From: Thalia democratica
Taxonomy: Eukaryota
Assembly: GCA_965202585.1 (NCBI GenBank)
Contig: OZ241830.1
Span: forward strand, 10,726,001 to 10,790,000
DNA: 64,000 nucleotides
Reading direction: 5' to 3'
The translations under genes and the position numbers were made by a program. Position 1 is the first letter of the stretch. Every line of letters begins with the position of its first letter. This document shows, piece after piece, positions 27,229-42,600 of the stretch. The notes under the pieces are model-generated. The model was given only the letters and a program-made list of their open reading frames with translations. It was not told the DNA's origin and made no database searches.

Positions 27229-29499
27229 TGTTGATTTATTTCATTAAGATCTTTCTTGGTTAAGTTTATTCACGAGCTAAGTATAAGAATAATAAAATCT
27301 GCATAACAAAACATAATTGAAGCTAGGTAAATACGTATATACCTTTTACTTTGGTTGTTTTTCATAACCAAACATTTTCTGAATACTATTAAGTATTTTC
27401 ATGTTTAATGATGTCATTAAGTACAACAAAAACATTAGTTTTAAGCCTAAGTATATAAATACATCATACTAGAGTTTAACGTCAAAAATTACATATATTG
27501 AGATAGAAACTGTTAAAAACACAGTACTTTTACTCAAAATTATAACACGTTGTAATATTCAAACTAACTGAAATTGGTAATGTTAGTTCCTAAAATCTAT
27601 TCAAATTGTTACACTTATGACAAAAACTTCTAAGTTGAATTTTTTGTGATTAAAGTATTTAATACATTTGTTTTTGTTAAAGAGTTATGAAATTTTATTA
27701 CTTATTAATATATATTAAGCTATTCCTAACAACTAACATCGAAAGTATATGCAAAAAATGTTTTAAGTAGGTCTATAAATTACTTAAACTTAAAAATAAA
27801 GCATGCATAGAAAACTATAAAATTTTCAAGCAACATGACATTAAAATATATTAAATAATATAATAAACAATATGTATATAACTTACTATTTACTTAAAAA
27901 TGCTTAATGTAAGTTTTAGTAATTAACATACTATGTACTTCAATTTATTTATTAAAAAAATCGTATGACACTTTTCAATTAAATTTGTTTTAATTTTGTT
28001 GAAATAACATAAAAAAGGGATTTTTTTTTTGAAAACACTTCAAAGTTGTAATGCTTTTCGCAACTTTAAATTTTTAAACAAAGTTATGTAGTAAAATACA
28101 GATTATAAAAGAAAGAATATAGTTTTAAACTATAATAAACTTGTTGGAAATTCTTACTGACGTCAACAAATTAATTAGATTCATTAATATTTAAACTTTA
28201 AAGTAAGTTTTGTATGAATTAGTTTCCATAACATTAAACTTGTTTTGTAAGTTATTATTAATATTTAACATCCAAAAGAAATTGCAACATAATGTTTTTA
28301 ACGGATGTAATATTAAACTAAAAATAGTAGCAGATTGATTACTTATTTAATTAAGTGAAGTAACGACCGGCGAAGGTATAACTGCGGCCTACGAACATTT
28401 AAATGGCTGGATATAAAAAGTTTGAATTTTATGTAAGACTTTCTATAAAAAAAATAACATAAATGTTTATTTATAGATTACGCGAGTTTATAAGTACAGT
28501 TTAAATAAAGTCAAAGTCATGTATAAGTTGGTTAAATAAAATGTATAACTTGATAACTGCTTGTTTTGACAGTGCGCTCGTAAAGATAAATAAATGTAAA
28601 TAAAAAGGTTATCACAAAAGCAAGGAATGCATTGAAGTAACAATATATTAATGACTTAAACAAAGTTTAAAAACCTAAACAAATAATTTGCTTTTCTAAC
28701 AAGTTATTGGGCTATTGTTTAATTGATAGTTTTTACGGGCTAATGGTTGTTCAAACCTAGCTCGAATACTAACTAATAATAAAGATTATAAGGTATAAGG
28801 TTATATAAATGATGTCCAAGTAGTCTGCCTTATTAAGAAGTTAAAAGCTTTTAACACTTTAACAAAATTTAATTTGGTTTTTATCTGTTTAAAAATTAGC
28901 TTAGTTCTTTTAAAAAAACAAACTTAGCAAGAGTTATTTCGTTTATTTAAAAGACATTGTCGATTAAAATTCAAATAGAATCTGAAGTATTTTATCGAAA
29001 TGTGACAAGGAGGCTATTAATCTAAGATTAGAATTAAGTAATCAATTTACAACAATATCATTGTTTCTTGAAATTTACTTTTCATTTCAACATGTAAACA
29101 ATAAGTTCATGTTTAGATTTAAAAAAAATTAAGTTTCTAATTGAATAATAGTTATGAAAGTTTAAATTTTCAGTAAACTTAATACTTTAAATAAAAACAA
29201 TATTAAAAAAATACACATAAAAACTTTCTCATTCAACTTTTGTAATAATTAAAAACAACTGTATATATAAAGGTAGTTAGTTTTCATTAGTACTTATAAA
29301 ATATGCAAGAAAACACACTAGAACTATCTTAAGAACTTAAATTTAAAAATTAATTTGATTTCTCTAATTAAGTAATTAAACAAATAGTAATTTATTATTT
29401 CGTCTATATCGTCAAAAGTGTAAGAAAAAACAAAAAGTTTTTTTTCGTTATAAAACATATTCAATGAATTTAAAAGTTAAAGATTGTGTGTAATCTTTA

Positions 29500-31270
29500 A
29501 AATTTTAAAGTTAAGAATTCAGCTAAAGATAAAAAAAAATCACTTAAAATATAAATTGACGTCAAAACGCTTTTCTGACAAAGCATAATTCATAACATGT
29601 ATTATGTAATTTTTAATTTATTTAAATCATTTCAATTATCTGAAACAACTTTTAAGTGGCATCTAAGCGGCCAATTTAAATAATACTAATAAAAACAATC
29701 TCAGCGTAAAATTCTAACGTTATAATTGTTAAAAGTTGTTGTAATAAAACATTTACATTATCTTTTATTCAAAAACAAACTTATAGTTGAAATATACATT
29801 GTAAAAACAATATTTATTTATTTTAGTTTGTAAAGTACAAAAGTTGACAAATTTGACAAATCCTAAACTAGATTATGAACAAAACATCATTTTAATAACA
29901 TATTTAAATTATTAAAATGTAAACTAGTTTTTATTTATGTTAATTTAGTAATTAAATTTTAGCTAGTGTGTTAGCAACTATTAGGGTTGCAACTCATTTT
30001 TAATTTTTTTAGGATTTCCAAATTTCTTCCAGGTTTTTGAAAATACACACTTTTTGGTCTATTTGTAGTTTAAAATTAAGTTTAAGGTAGAAAAACTGTG
30101 AAAAATAGTCTACAAACATTGAAAAGATATTGTAAAGCTACTTTGAAAGTTTTATAATTAAAAAAAAATTGTTGACGGCAAAAGTTTTCTACTTAGATGA
30201 TAAATTTTTTGATTCAAATCGAAATTTTACTACTGAACAAGTAAAAATTGTTAAAACTTCAGTTTTTCCAGTTTTTTTTTTAAGATTTTGTTCAAAATTC
30301 CAGGTTTTTTTCAAAATTTCCTAAATTCCAGTTTTTTTGCCTAAATTGTCAAATTCCAGGTTTGTCCAGGATTCCAGGTAACTCTGCAAAAAACATTTAA
30401 ATAGACCCTTTTTTTTATCAATGTTACCCCTTACCCTTATCTTTTTTTTAATAACTTTGTTGTTTCCTCTCTTTTTTTCTCTCGTAATAAAATGAGTCTT
30501 CGTACAAAAGCGATCCTTAGGGTATATTTTGCACTTCCACAAAAGGTTCTCCGTGCATATTTAACCAATCGCCATTAAAGTTGTTGAATTTTGAAAACTT
30601 TAAAAAAGTACTTATCATCTTTTGTGTTAGTGCTACTACTAACAATTTTCAAACTTGTGCTTTAATTAAAAGTAATTTGTTTTAAAATAAGATTTACATA
30701 CCGAAACAAAAAATCCAATAAATTTCTCATACAATAATTTATATTATACTCTAAATTCGTTACTGACGTCACTATACATTTCCGCCATAATTTTATTTTT
30801 GAAAATTTAGTTAGTTAGTTCGTGTTAAATCATAACCGTTGATTGGCAAATGGTAGTTTTAAGCTGCAGCAAAGCGGCAAATTAAACATAATCAAAACTA
30901 AAAACAAGTACTTTCGTAAATATTATGCTGGTGTTCCATTTTTGTGCTTGAAATTAAAAAAAAGTGTAAAATCTATAATTTTTTTCAGTTTCGTATTCTA
31001 ATAAAGTATAAGAAAAGTTCCAATACGCGTTTTAGACCTAAAACTTCGAATTCGGCCCCTTTTAAAATGTTTACTTAATTTTTATACAATAGTTGATTCT
31101 TAGAATTTGCATTTATTTTAGATTTTCTAAGCATATGTACGTACTGAATACCAAAAAAATTTGGTTGGTTACTTTTTATTTGTTATAAAAAAAATTCCAT
31201 CCATTACATTAAGAATAACTTGACATATTTTGTAACACATGCAAACACAGAACAGTCAGTGACATTAAAC
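29500..31270 (+). repeat. Family B long repeat, copy 2 (contains an extra insertion at 29982-30386)
   Basis: Colinear with 900-2230. Confidence 0.8.
29982..30386. mobile_element. Short hAT-like non-autonomous insertion
   Basis: Present in this family B copy and absent at the matching site of the 900-2230 copy. Starts TAGGGTTGC, ends GTAACTCTG, and has many TTCCAG(G) subterminal words. No TSD is recognisable. Confidence 0.5.
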
Positions 31271-34200
31271 AAATTTTTATCCGTTCTAAAGTGTCAATTT
31301 GTGCTAAATTGTCAAACCGTGCTATATTGTTAATTTATGCTAAAGTGTTAATGCGTGTTATTGTTTCACTCAGTGCTAAAAGTGACATCGTGCTTTTCTG
31401 ATCCATTCCCAATTAGATATACATGTTTGTTTCATTATCATTTGTTTATATATTTATTAGAAGTGTTATTAAAGTTGGTAGGAATTTAGAAATTGGACAT
31501 AATTGTACTATATCTCCTTAGCATTTTAAAATTTAAAATTTTTAGGATAAAATAATAAGAATATGCATTTCAATTGATAAGTTACATAACATTGTTTAAT
31601 ATTAAAAAACTATATCATTTTAAAAATTGTTTTTTTATGAGAGTGTATTAATAGTTTTCATCTTTTGCAACACATAAGCACATATATTTCGTAATAAGAA
31701 ACCTCTTTCAGATAATAAATATAATTAAAGCCACCATTGTTAAGATATAAGGAATAGTTCAATCTTTTTTTTTGTAGCGGACTGGATTTGCAAAAAAAAA
31801 AAAAATTTTTGATCTCTGTAGTTTAAAAAAAGTTTACTATACAATTTAAAACGCGCTCTAAACGAAGTATTAAAATAAAAATCTTTACTGAAAAACAAGT
31901 TACTAGCACAATTGATCTTATTTATTATAATAAAGCTTTATCTTCGAGTTTCCACAACTTTTTCCAAGTTAAAAATACATCTTATTCCTGAAACATATGC
32001 TGGAAGATATGTTTCCTTTAATGCTCATATTATATTTAAACAACTTTTTTAAAGTGAAGATTCTTTTGTGCAATTCAAAAGCAGGTAGATATAATCAACT
32101 AAACCGATTCATGCTAATTATATTTTCGACCATATTTTAAATCGTACAAATCAATTAAAATTAAAGGTTTTAATAACAATTGCTTAAAATGTGCATTTAT
32201 CTTAGTTTATAGTAGTAAGTAGTTCTATTTAAACACTTATTACAAATTTTACTTTGAGAGATTAAAAAAAATAAATACAATTTTTCCAAGTTAGTCGGTC
32301 CACAAAGAATATTTGTGAGCAAGTCTAACCCGCGTAAGATTTTTTCAATAATTCTTATCTGAAAAGATTCCTTTAAAAATCTAGGTAGACGGTTGTTTTT
32401 ATAAATCCAATTTGAGTCTGTTTTGAAACAAGTTCAAACTTACTTAGCTACTAAGTAAACTTTTTGTTTGGAAATATTGGGTTTTTAAAGTTTTATTCTT
32501 TTAAGTAAGTAATCTTCTTTTTCCAATCAAAGTATTTGGTATTTAAATGATTTAAAATATAAAAACTGTTGATCATAAGTAACACAAAAAGTTAAAAATA
32601 CGTTTGTTTTGACTGTTTTACTTGTTATAATAAATTTTTAAAACATTTATTACAAAAGTTATTTTTCAGAGCTAGTTATTTATCATTTTTAATTATGCTT
32701 TGTTAGTTGTGTTTTGTAAACAAGTTGTAAACAGTTAACTTGTTATTGCATGAAGTTTGTTGAATTTTTTTTTCATAAACCTATTTGCGATTAAAATGAT
32801 TAGTGACGTAACGAAGTTTTTAAAACATTTTTTTCTCAGTTTGCATTCACTTAACATTTGTTGAAAACATTAGCCTAATAAAAATGTATCACAAAAAGAC
32901 AATAATTTGTAACCATCTAATGCGATGGTATTTAATCTAATGTATTTCTGCCTGCTTGCCTTCGTTATAAAGGTGAATATTGCGAAGTTTGCATTACAGT
33001 AACCTCTCGCATCTTTACGCACTCGTGAAGTTATACACTCTCGTTTGGTTACGCATTTTAGAGTTCTAATAAATTCAAAAAATAAAAATAATTTTTTTAT
33101 TAATAGTGCACAAATTAGGTTTGTTGTATATTCTTTATTTCAAATATGTTTTTAAATGCTAACTCACCTCTCTATAACTTTAGACTTTGTAAACTTATGA
33201 TCCTTGACTAATTGATTACATTTTTTATTAAATATTTTTCTCATATTTTATATTTTTTGTTCAAAAGAAGAAATTCATTACAGCACCAAATGCGTATTTT
33301 TGTAAAAGGCTGTAGAAACAAGTTTTAATATAGACCCCACACCATTTTTAAGTGTAAACAAATGCTTAATTATAAATTGAATTTGCTAAGTAAAATATAA
33401 AACATATGTTAAGTATTAAATAAGTCACATATAAATAAAGATAAAATATACTTATCATCAAAACTACTAAAGTTTCCTGCAAGTAAAATTATTTAATATA
33501 GATTTAAATCCTTTTTTTTAATACATGTATAGTTTCATCTTTTGTTTTCATATTTATAAATAAATTTAAGAAATTCTTAAAAGTGGGAAAGTCACCAGTC
33601 TGCTTTTAACTAGAAGCAATATAAAAAAAGGCCATTCAAGTAAGTATATTTGGTACCTCTCGTATCTTTAAGCATTTTTTCGATGGACAAAATGTGCGTA
33701 AATAAGCGAGAGATTACTGTATTAGAATGAGTTTTAAATACGTTGCATAACATAAGAATTCTAACTAAACTATCAACATACATGAGTCTTTTTTTTAACT
33801 GTATCTGAGACGAGATATTATATTTAAAAAAACGGTTGTCATTGTCTTTTTTTTAGTTTAATAATAAATGAAATACATACTAAATTAAAATTAATTTTCT
33901 TAGTTACATCTAAAAAGTTTTGTGACATGTGCAGTTTTATTTAACACTAAAAACTGTATAGTTTTTGATAGAGAATCATTTTATTCAAATTTTTGAAAAT
34001 TAGGAATAATTTGTAGCCATCTGCAAAAATGGTATCACTGTAAGTATTTATATAATAACGTGTACACAAACATATAACATGACTTCAAAAGTTGATAAAA
34101 CATTACATTCTAAAGCTCAAAGTGCAAAAATATACAAAACAATGAGAACTATTGCATGTAATAAGGTAACAATGAATAGTTTTAGGTAGTCTGCCTTTTT

Positions 34201-37200
34201 TGTAAAGTTTGATATACTCCTAAAAATGAAATTCTTAAAAAAAACCAAAGAAAATAGTGTTTTTTTTTTAAATTAAAATAACATATTTAGAGATATTTTG
34301 CTTAAATTTTCAAAATTCTTATTCATATAGAATTATAATTAAAGGTTGACAGCGTTTTTTCTATAGTTTATTAAAAATTATTTTTTTTTTAATAAAATAA
34401 GTAATCGATTGTTTTGAATTTATTTTAAAGTTTGAAGTTAGCCTGCAGATTCTATTGAAGTGTTATATAAAATAATTGAAGAACGTAGAACGTTCATTTA
34501 TGATGATATAGGGGTATAAATCTATCGGCTGTGTGTAATATCTAAGAATTACCTTTCGATTATTAATTTAAATAAATATAACAAAGGTAAACTTGGTTAG
34601 AATATATCAAAAAAAAATTTATAAGGTGCTAATTTTCTGAATTTGCTTTATTTTTAATTTTTATACATATAACATTACAAGGATTATTACAATTTTAGGG
34701 CAAGTTAAAATGTTTACTATAGATTAAAATTATCAGAAGTTGCACATAATTGTACCGAATTTTGTCAACTTTTGAAAACCTATGCAGTTTTTATAGTGTA
34801 AAATATTAGGTTTTGAAAACTGATTTTTTTAATTACTAAGTTGCGGGAAAACACCTAATATGAATGTGTCGATTAAAAAGAAAGTTAATGATTTTTTGGA
34901 AGATGCAATATTGCTGGTCAACCTAGATTTGCTTGTTACTAGGTTTAGATTGAATCAATATTTTTACCAAGAGATATTATAGTATTACATATTAAAGTAA
35001 TACTTTAACATTGAATGTTTTTCAGGCACGTTTTTAAGACAACTAGGACAACTCAATTTTTTTTTAAGTTTTAGTTAAACTTGCCTTAAAAAAACAATTA
35101 AAAAAAATCTTTATCTCAATATATATCAACTTTGCCCTTTGTTATTGGTTGTATAATAGTTTTTTGGCCATTTTTGTTATGTGTTGGCGGTGGTCCGATT
35201 ATTGATTCTGTGGAAATTCCTTCTTTTTGCTGTTTCAGAAAGTATGTAAAACTTTAAATGTCGTAAAGTTGATCAAAGTAAAAATGCAAGGAAAATTTAC
35301 AATGCATTTAGTATAAGAAAAAGTGTTGATATGCGTATTTAATGGCACTTGTATCAACGTTTTACTCATTTTGGTAGTTATTAAGGTGATGTGGGTGGTG
35401 ATTCTGATTTCAATATATTGTAAATTTGTGTTTACCATATTTAAAAATTATTAAGTAGTAAACTACTATGTTTTTTATTGTAAAAGCTAAAATTAAATTT
35501 TGTTATCATTTTTTTCGCAACTTCCTTAAAAAAAATGAGAATTTTTAATCATCTTAGTGTAAATCTTCATTAATATTTGCACTGACATTGAAGTTCACCT
35601 CAATAAGTTTTAGTGTTGAACTTAACCTATAATAGATTCATATAGAAAGTTGTTATTAGAATAATTCTATTAAGTTGTTTTGTTTTGGTTTAAAATGTTC
35701 CTTTTTTTATTGTTTGAGTATACTGTTATAAAAATAAAACAACTTGACTTATTTCTTATATATGTGTTGACCACTAAGTAATTAGCAAGAAGTTATTTGA
35801 ATATTTGATATTCAGATATTTAGATAATGTATAAAACCTGATACAAAACAATAAGTTTAGATTAAAAAATAACTTAATTAAAAAAATGATGCTTTTTTTA
35901 ATCTTAAAACAATGAAAATTTATACTTTAGTTCTTAAAAGTCTTATTTAAATTGTAATTTTCTACTTTTTGCCATTTGGCCGTTTTTTTATGAGCAATGA
36001 CATTTGTAATACAATTAATTTTCATTGTACGTTAAAATTTTAACTCACTGCTTTGTACTTTAATCGATACTTAGTTTCATCTGAAAACATTAAAAACGTT
36101 TCTAGGGTCAAAGTTTTACAGTTTTTTTGTAAAAGTTACATAAAAAAAAAAAAATTTAATGTAAGATTAACTTTTTATTATTATTATAATAACTTTTTTC
36201 AAATACTTTTCAAAAAAATATACGTTTGAAAACTATTTAAAACGTATTTAAAAAAAAACATAAAAATGTATAGTAATATACTTTTTATTTTTTATGATTT
36301 TAAAATAGCAAAACAGCTGACCTTTTGTTTTTGTTCTAATTAACTTTTATAATTTTTTTAGTGAGTTTTTTCGACTCTAAAAACTTAAACTAGTGAACGA
36401 AAAATAAATTATATAATTTGATTACGTTTTTCTATCGCTTTAAAGTTAAACTGCAAATATTATAGTTAAAAGTTTTACGTTATTATTATGATTTTAAAAC
36501 AAGATTGATAAAAAACCTTACTTAAAGTTTTTGTTGACGTGAAACGCTTTTCCGACGATGCATAATTTTAGTATATGTGTTATATTATTTTAAACTTTGT
36601 TTCAATTATTTCAATCATGTTAAACAAGTTTTAGTCACATTAAAGCGGCTAATTTAAATATTAGTATTAAATAACAATCTCAGTTTTATACATTTCTAAA
36701 GCTGTTATTGTTAATAAAAAAAAAAAAGAAAACGTTTTTTATAATATATTTTGTTAAATAATACATTTAGAGCTGAAATATACGTTATAGAAACAATATC
36801 TATTTATGTTTAGTTATAAAGTATAAAACTGATTAATTTTTATCCCTGGTCAATAATTTTGTTTTTTTCTTTTTTTTATTATTCTCGTTCTAAAACTACG
36901 CTTCGTGCAAAAGGGACTATTTGTGTATCTCAACAAAATTATATTCGTGCATGTTTGACTCATCTTTGTTAAATTCGTTTAATAGCTTTTAATACTTTGA
37001 TAAAATTGGTAATATCTTTCGTGTTAATACCCACCCACTAGCTATTTACACACTTAGGGTTTCTATTATTTTTAAACTATTATAAAATAGATTTAATCTA
37101 CTAAAACCAACAATCAAAAAAGTTTTAATACAATCAGTAATCTTCTAAAGGCGTTAATGACGTCATTGAAAATTTCCCACAAAACTTTTTTTTTTAACTA

Positions 37201-39639
37201 TAATAAATTTTTTTGTGTTTAACAAGGTTTTTTACATCTCTTAAAACATTTAAGATTTTTATTTAAATACACATAAGTATAAAATATCAAAAGTTTTAAA
37301 TGATAAAGCAACAATAAATAAGCTTGATTAAGTGGCAGAATAATTTAGTAATTATAAACGAAGTTATTAAATAGTTAGAAAGTCGTTAAGAATTTAATTT
37401 AAATAATAGAATTAATACTATTAAATTAAGATTACTATACAAGTATGAAACTTGAGTTGCAATAAAAAATACTTAAAAAAACAAATAAATTTGAGTTATT
37501 AAAAAAAAAGATTTTAAACTATAGAAACGAATCAATAAAAAGGTGGTAAAACTTTTTGTCGCAAGTCGTCACTACAACTAAAGTTATATTACTAAGTTAA
37601 AAGCTTGTATCACACAAAGCATTTTTGAATAAAATCATTGTTATAATCTTTTTAAATGCAAAATTAATTATTCCAATAAACCGAAATAAAACTCACTAAA
37701 TAAAAAAATAAGATTATATCAATCGATACTTACATTAAAGGTTAACAAAAGTTTACGTTAAAAAATTAAAATAAAGTTTAGCATTGTCCTATTTTTTAAA
37801 ATACACTGTTTAACGATCTTCTACAGTTATAAATTTAATTTAAATTGAATTTGAAATATTAACTGTATTTTTAGCTCGTATATAAAATAAGCCTTAAGTA
37901 GTAGTATACTTAAAATTATAGTTAAGACTCATTTTAAACACAAAGTTTTTAAAGCTGTTTATAGTAAGTTAAAATATTTCTGTTTTATTTAACTATTAAT
38001 TCTATACTTTTTAAACTTTTTCTTAGCTTTTTTACCGTCCTTTTTTTATTTGTTAAACTATTATTCATTTATTAGATTCAATATCTATTAAATATTCATA
38101 CTATTATCGTTTAGACTATTGTTCTTATTTAAAAAATCTCTGTCGCGACTAAGCAACGCAACAATACTATTATTATTTTTTTATTTGATATTTATTCACA
38201 AGAATGTACAGTTTATTTGTAAATAAGTGCAAGTAAGAATATTTTAATTACTACCAGGTTTCGGTTTTATTCTTTAATTAAACTTAAATCTACTTAACTG
38301 TTATTGAGCAAAGTTTTAAGTTCAGAAAATTAACTATATAACTTAACAAAAAAACTTCAAGGTTTCTAACAGAAAAAGCTTATCTCTATAACAGTGTTGC
38401 AAAAAAATTATGTTTGTAATAAAAGTAGTTTCTTTAATTTGGGAATTACATTTGCCGCACGTTTAGTGGGAGTTAATATTTAACAATTAAAGTTTGTTTA
38501 GCCGTGTTTGTGCGTTTGAAAAATAAATTACCAAAGAAGGTTCATTAACTACAGCAAACGACTAAATAATAAACAAATTTTCAATTTGAGAGTTAAGTTG
38601 AAAATTCTTAGTGCTGTCAATAACAATTATAAATTAAATTTAACTTTATTTTAATACAATACTTTTGAAGCTATTTAGTTGTGTGTTAAAAAAGTAAAAA
38701 CAGCGCTTTAAGTATTAGGTTCTTGGACCTATTGCACAAAAAACCTAACGGTTATCGAGTAAAACACCTTTTGGATACCATTGAACGTCTTGTCCGTTTG
38801 TAATTTAACAAATACCAAATTTATTTAACACAGATTTCTTTTGTATTTAACTTCCTTTCCAAAATAAAAAAAGACTCAATAAATTAGAGGGAAAGAAATC
38901 TATATAATTTTGAAACTTATTAAATTTTTTTATGTATCTACGTTATATCTTTTTGATATTTAACGTTATTCTTGTTTTTTTACTTACTTTATTTTGGTAC
39001 ATCTACTAAATAAAATAATAGTAAAGATACATTTTTATAGTTATAGATTTTGTAATAGTATTTTAAAATTAACAATTAGACTACAAACATATACTTTATC
39101 ATAACTTTTCAATAGTTTTCTTTGTAAAGTAATTTAGGTTTATGTTTTGGTATAAAATTAAAAATATTTTTTATTATATTTATAAAAAAAAAAAATTTTT
39201 ATGTTTTAACCTGGTCATAAAATTTCTTTTTGAAGAAAGATTTAGTATTAGCAAGTTTTGATAGCAAAACTAATTTGTTCAGATAATAACTGGATTAACA
39301 ATGTTAACATAAATAATAATAAAAAAATTGTAAGATGCTCTTTAAATCAAAGAGTTTAAGAAGTGAAAGCATTTAGTTAAAGAAATAAAAATAATTAATC
39401 GGTAAGGTTTTAATTTGTTAACTAACTTCTTACTTAGTTTAAAATTTATGCAAACTGTACATAAACTAATAGAATCAAAAAAAAGGCTTTTACAGTTTAT
39501 ATTTTCAAAGTATTAAGAAGTTAATTACTCAGTGTTTTAGTTTAAGATTTGAAAATTAATCAAAAATAATTAACTAAGTTGTTTGAGAGAATTCTAAAAT
39601 ATATTTTGAAGTATAACTTGTATATTTGTGGTTAATAAT

Positions 39640-42600
39640 GGTTAATAGTAAAAAGTTTAACAGTGTTATCCGGCTAGTTTTAAAAAAATATATTAAACTA
39701 ACAACTACAACTAAAGTTGTATGAGTTGTTATTACAACTTCAAAGTTTGTTGAGTTAAATAAAAGAACAAAATTATAAACCAAGATTGTTTTTATTTAAT
39801 CAAATCTAAATAAAGTAACTAAGTTTTATCTTCGTCGTAAGTTTTTTTTTGTAGAGTTATTTTAAAACTCTAGATTTTAATTCTTAAAAGTAAAAGTAAG
39901 TAACACATTGTTGTACTTTTAAAGTTTATTAAGAAATTAATGACATAATATAGCTTGTAAATACATTTAATAGAATATGTAAACAAAGGATAGCAATTTT
40001 CTCTATGACTTAAAGTTTAAAGCTTTTGAACTTAATTCAACATACTTTAACTACGCTAATTATTTAACAGAAGTAAATTAAAATAATCATACACTAGTGT
40101 TGGCAACAAAACTTCAATTTTTTTTTCAATTATAAACTTACTTGTCTGTTTATAATATGTGTTATAAACTAAAGATCCTAACTTATATTCATGTTTATAC
40201 AGCTTATTTTAGTTAAACCAATGGATAAGGTAGTAGTAAAGAATTATATTCAGTAAAATTTCCTACAGTTTATAATCCTGTTTATATATATTTTTGTCTT
40301 TTAATGACGTCATTGATTTCAACACAAACATTGAGTTTAAAACTAAATATAAAAATTCAATATCCTACTTCAATGTACGGGGAGTGATCAATTTAAAATT
40401 TAAAACTGTTAAAAACGCAGTACATTTGTTCAAAAAAAGTCAATTAGCTTTAACTAATAAACTATTTTGGTAAAAGCTAAAATCTAAAAAGAAAGTTTTA
40501 ACAACAAAAACTTTAAAATAAAGTATACAGTAGTAGTCAACGCAACAACAATTATTAAACTAAGTCCAATACTAAAAAGACAATATTAGTCAGGTAATTT
40601 ATTAAATAAAGATACTTTAATATCAAATTTATTTCATCTACACAATTCTAGTTTATATAAAAAAGAAGTGAAAAAGGTTTTATTCTAGCTAAGTCATTTA
40701 AATAAGCTAATTTAGTCTTAATCTAAATATTTTATAAAAAAAAGGGTAATACTTGTTATTAGTGTAATGTTCGGCTATAGGTGATGTTATCGCAGCATTG
40801 GTAATTGCTTTTATTTTAATGTAAGTCTTTTCCTTAATGTCAATTAATACACATTTAAGTTTACCCTTTTTATAAATGTCTTCGGTGTCTATTTAAATTG
40901 AATTTAAAGAAGTAATTTAAACTGTTTACAACACAGCGTTTATTTAAACACGATATTTGTTTTTGATCTCCAATCTTAGAACTGAGTTTTAAGCAACTTT
41001 TGATTTTCTCTAATTGTATGAAGTTTTTCTGAATCAAAATATTTTTACTTTGTTTAATGTTCAATGCCTTTTGTTTTACTAATAATTTAGTATGACTTAT
41101 ACTAATTTAGTTCCTACTCTATCATTTAATTTTAAAAAACAATGTTCAAATATTTCAAATAGTAGATGTTATTTATACAACTGATTATTACTAAAATTGT
41201 TATAATATGATGTAAATTGTTTTATTTTTGTATTTATATAAAAAAAAGAAACCATATAAAATAAATAAGATAAAAAAAGAAGTAAAACAACTTATAGTCT
41301 AACTAAGTCATTAAATTTAGTACATTTGGTCTAATTCTAAATAATGTACACTAATAAGGGTAATACTTGTTATCATTTTAAGCTCGGTTATTTAGAACAA
41401 AAAAAAAATAATTAAGATGTTTGTTAGAATTCTAGAAATATTTAAAAGTTGTTTTTTTTATTCTATGGTAAGAATCGTAAAAAAATTAACAGTAGTATTC
41501 AGATGGTTGTAAATAAACTATTAAACAATCAACTAAAGTTTATGATTTGATACTATAAGTTTAAAAATTATTAATTTAAACGAAACAACAAAAGTATAAA
41601 GTAAATTTTCTGAGCAATACTAGTTAAAGATACTTTGTTTTAACTTCTCCGTTCATGTTTTGTAAAAGTTACTTTAAAACTCTCAAAACTAATTGTTAAA
41701 GGTAAAACTAAGCAATAATTGTTGTTCTTTATAATTTATTTTAAAGTTTAGTGAATAATGTATTTTGTAAAGTACCAAAGAATAAGAAAGCAAATGATTT
41801 AAAAGCACTTTTTCTATGATTTAATATTAAAACTTTGAAAATTTAATTTAACTACTTTAAGTGAGCTAATTATTTTACAGCAGTAAACAAAAAAAATAGA
41901 CATTAGATGTTGTCAACATAATTTAAAACTTACTTTCTAAACTTTTAAATTTACATGTCTGTTTATATTTTGTATTACAAACAGAAAAAGCTAACTTATT
42001 CACATACTATATAGAATATTTTATTGAAACAAATGGACTAGGTAGTATTAATAAATTATTATAAAATATTTTTTTTACAGTTTATAATCCTGATTCAGTA
42101 TATTATTGTCTGAAATGACGTCATTGATTTCCACATAAACATCAACTTCAAAACTAAATATAAAAATTGAGTATCCTACATCAATGTACGGATGCGGTCA
42201 ACCAAAAATTTAAAACTGTTGAAAAAGCAGTACATTAGTTCTAATATAACAAAACAAGCTTTATAATAAACAATAATAATAACAAAATAAATTTTAAACT
42301 TAAGTTTATAGTAGTAGTCAACGCAACAGCAATTATTAATCTAAGTATAATACAAATAACACAATATTAGTCAAAATTTTATTAAACAAAGACACTTTAA
42401 AATGAAATTTATTTCATCTACACAATTCTGTTTTTGTATAAAAAAAGAAATGAAATAGCTTCCATTATAGCTGAGTCATTTAATTTTGTACATCTAGTCT
42501 AAATCTAATTAATTTATAGTAATATGGTTTATCATTGTTATTAATCTAGTGCTCGGCTATTTATAAAATAAAAAGTTAAGAAAATTTAAGTAATTTTTTT

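Noticed and set aside
35170-35410. VGGGP and GDVGGDS peptides suggesting oxidoreductase or serine-protease exons
   Set aside because: Neither matches the real motifs (GxGxxG, GDSGGP), and there is no consistent exon structure.
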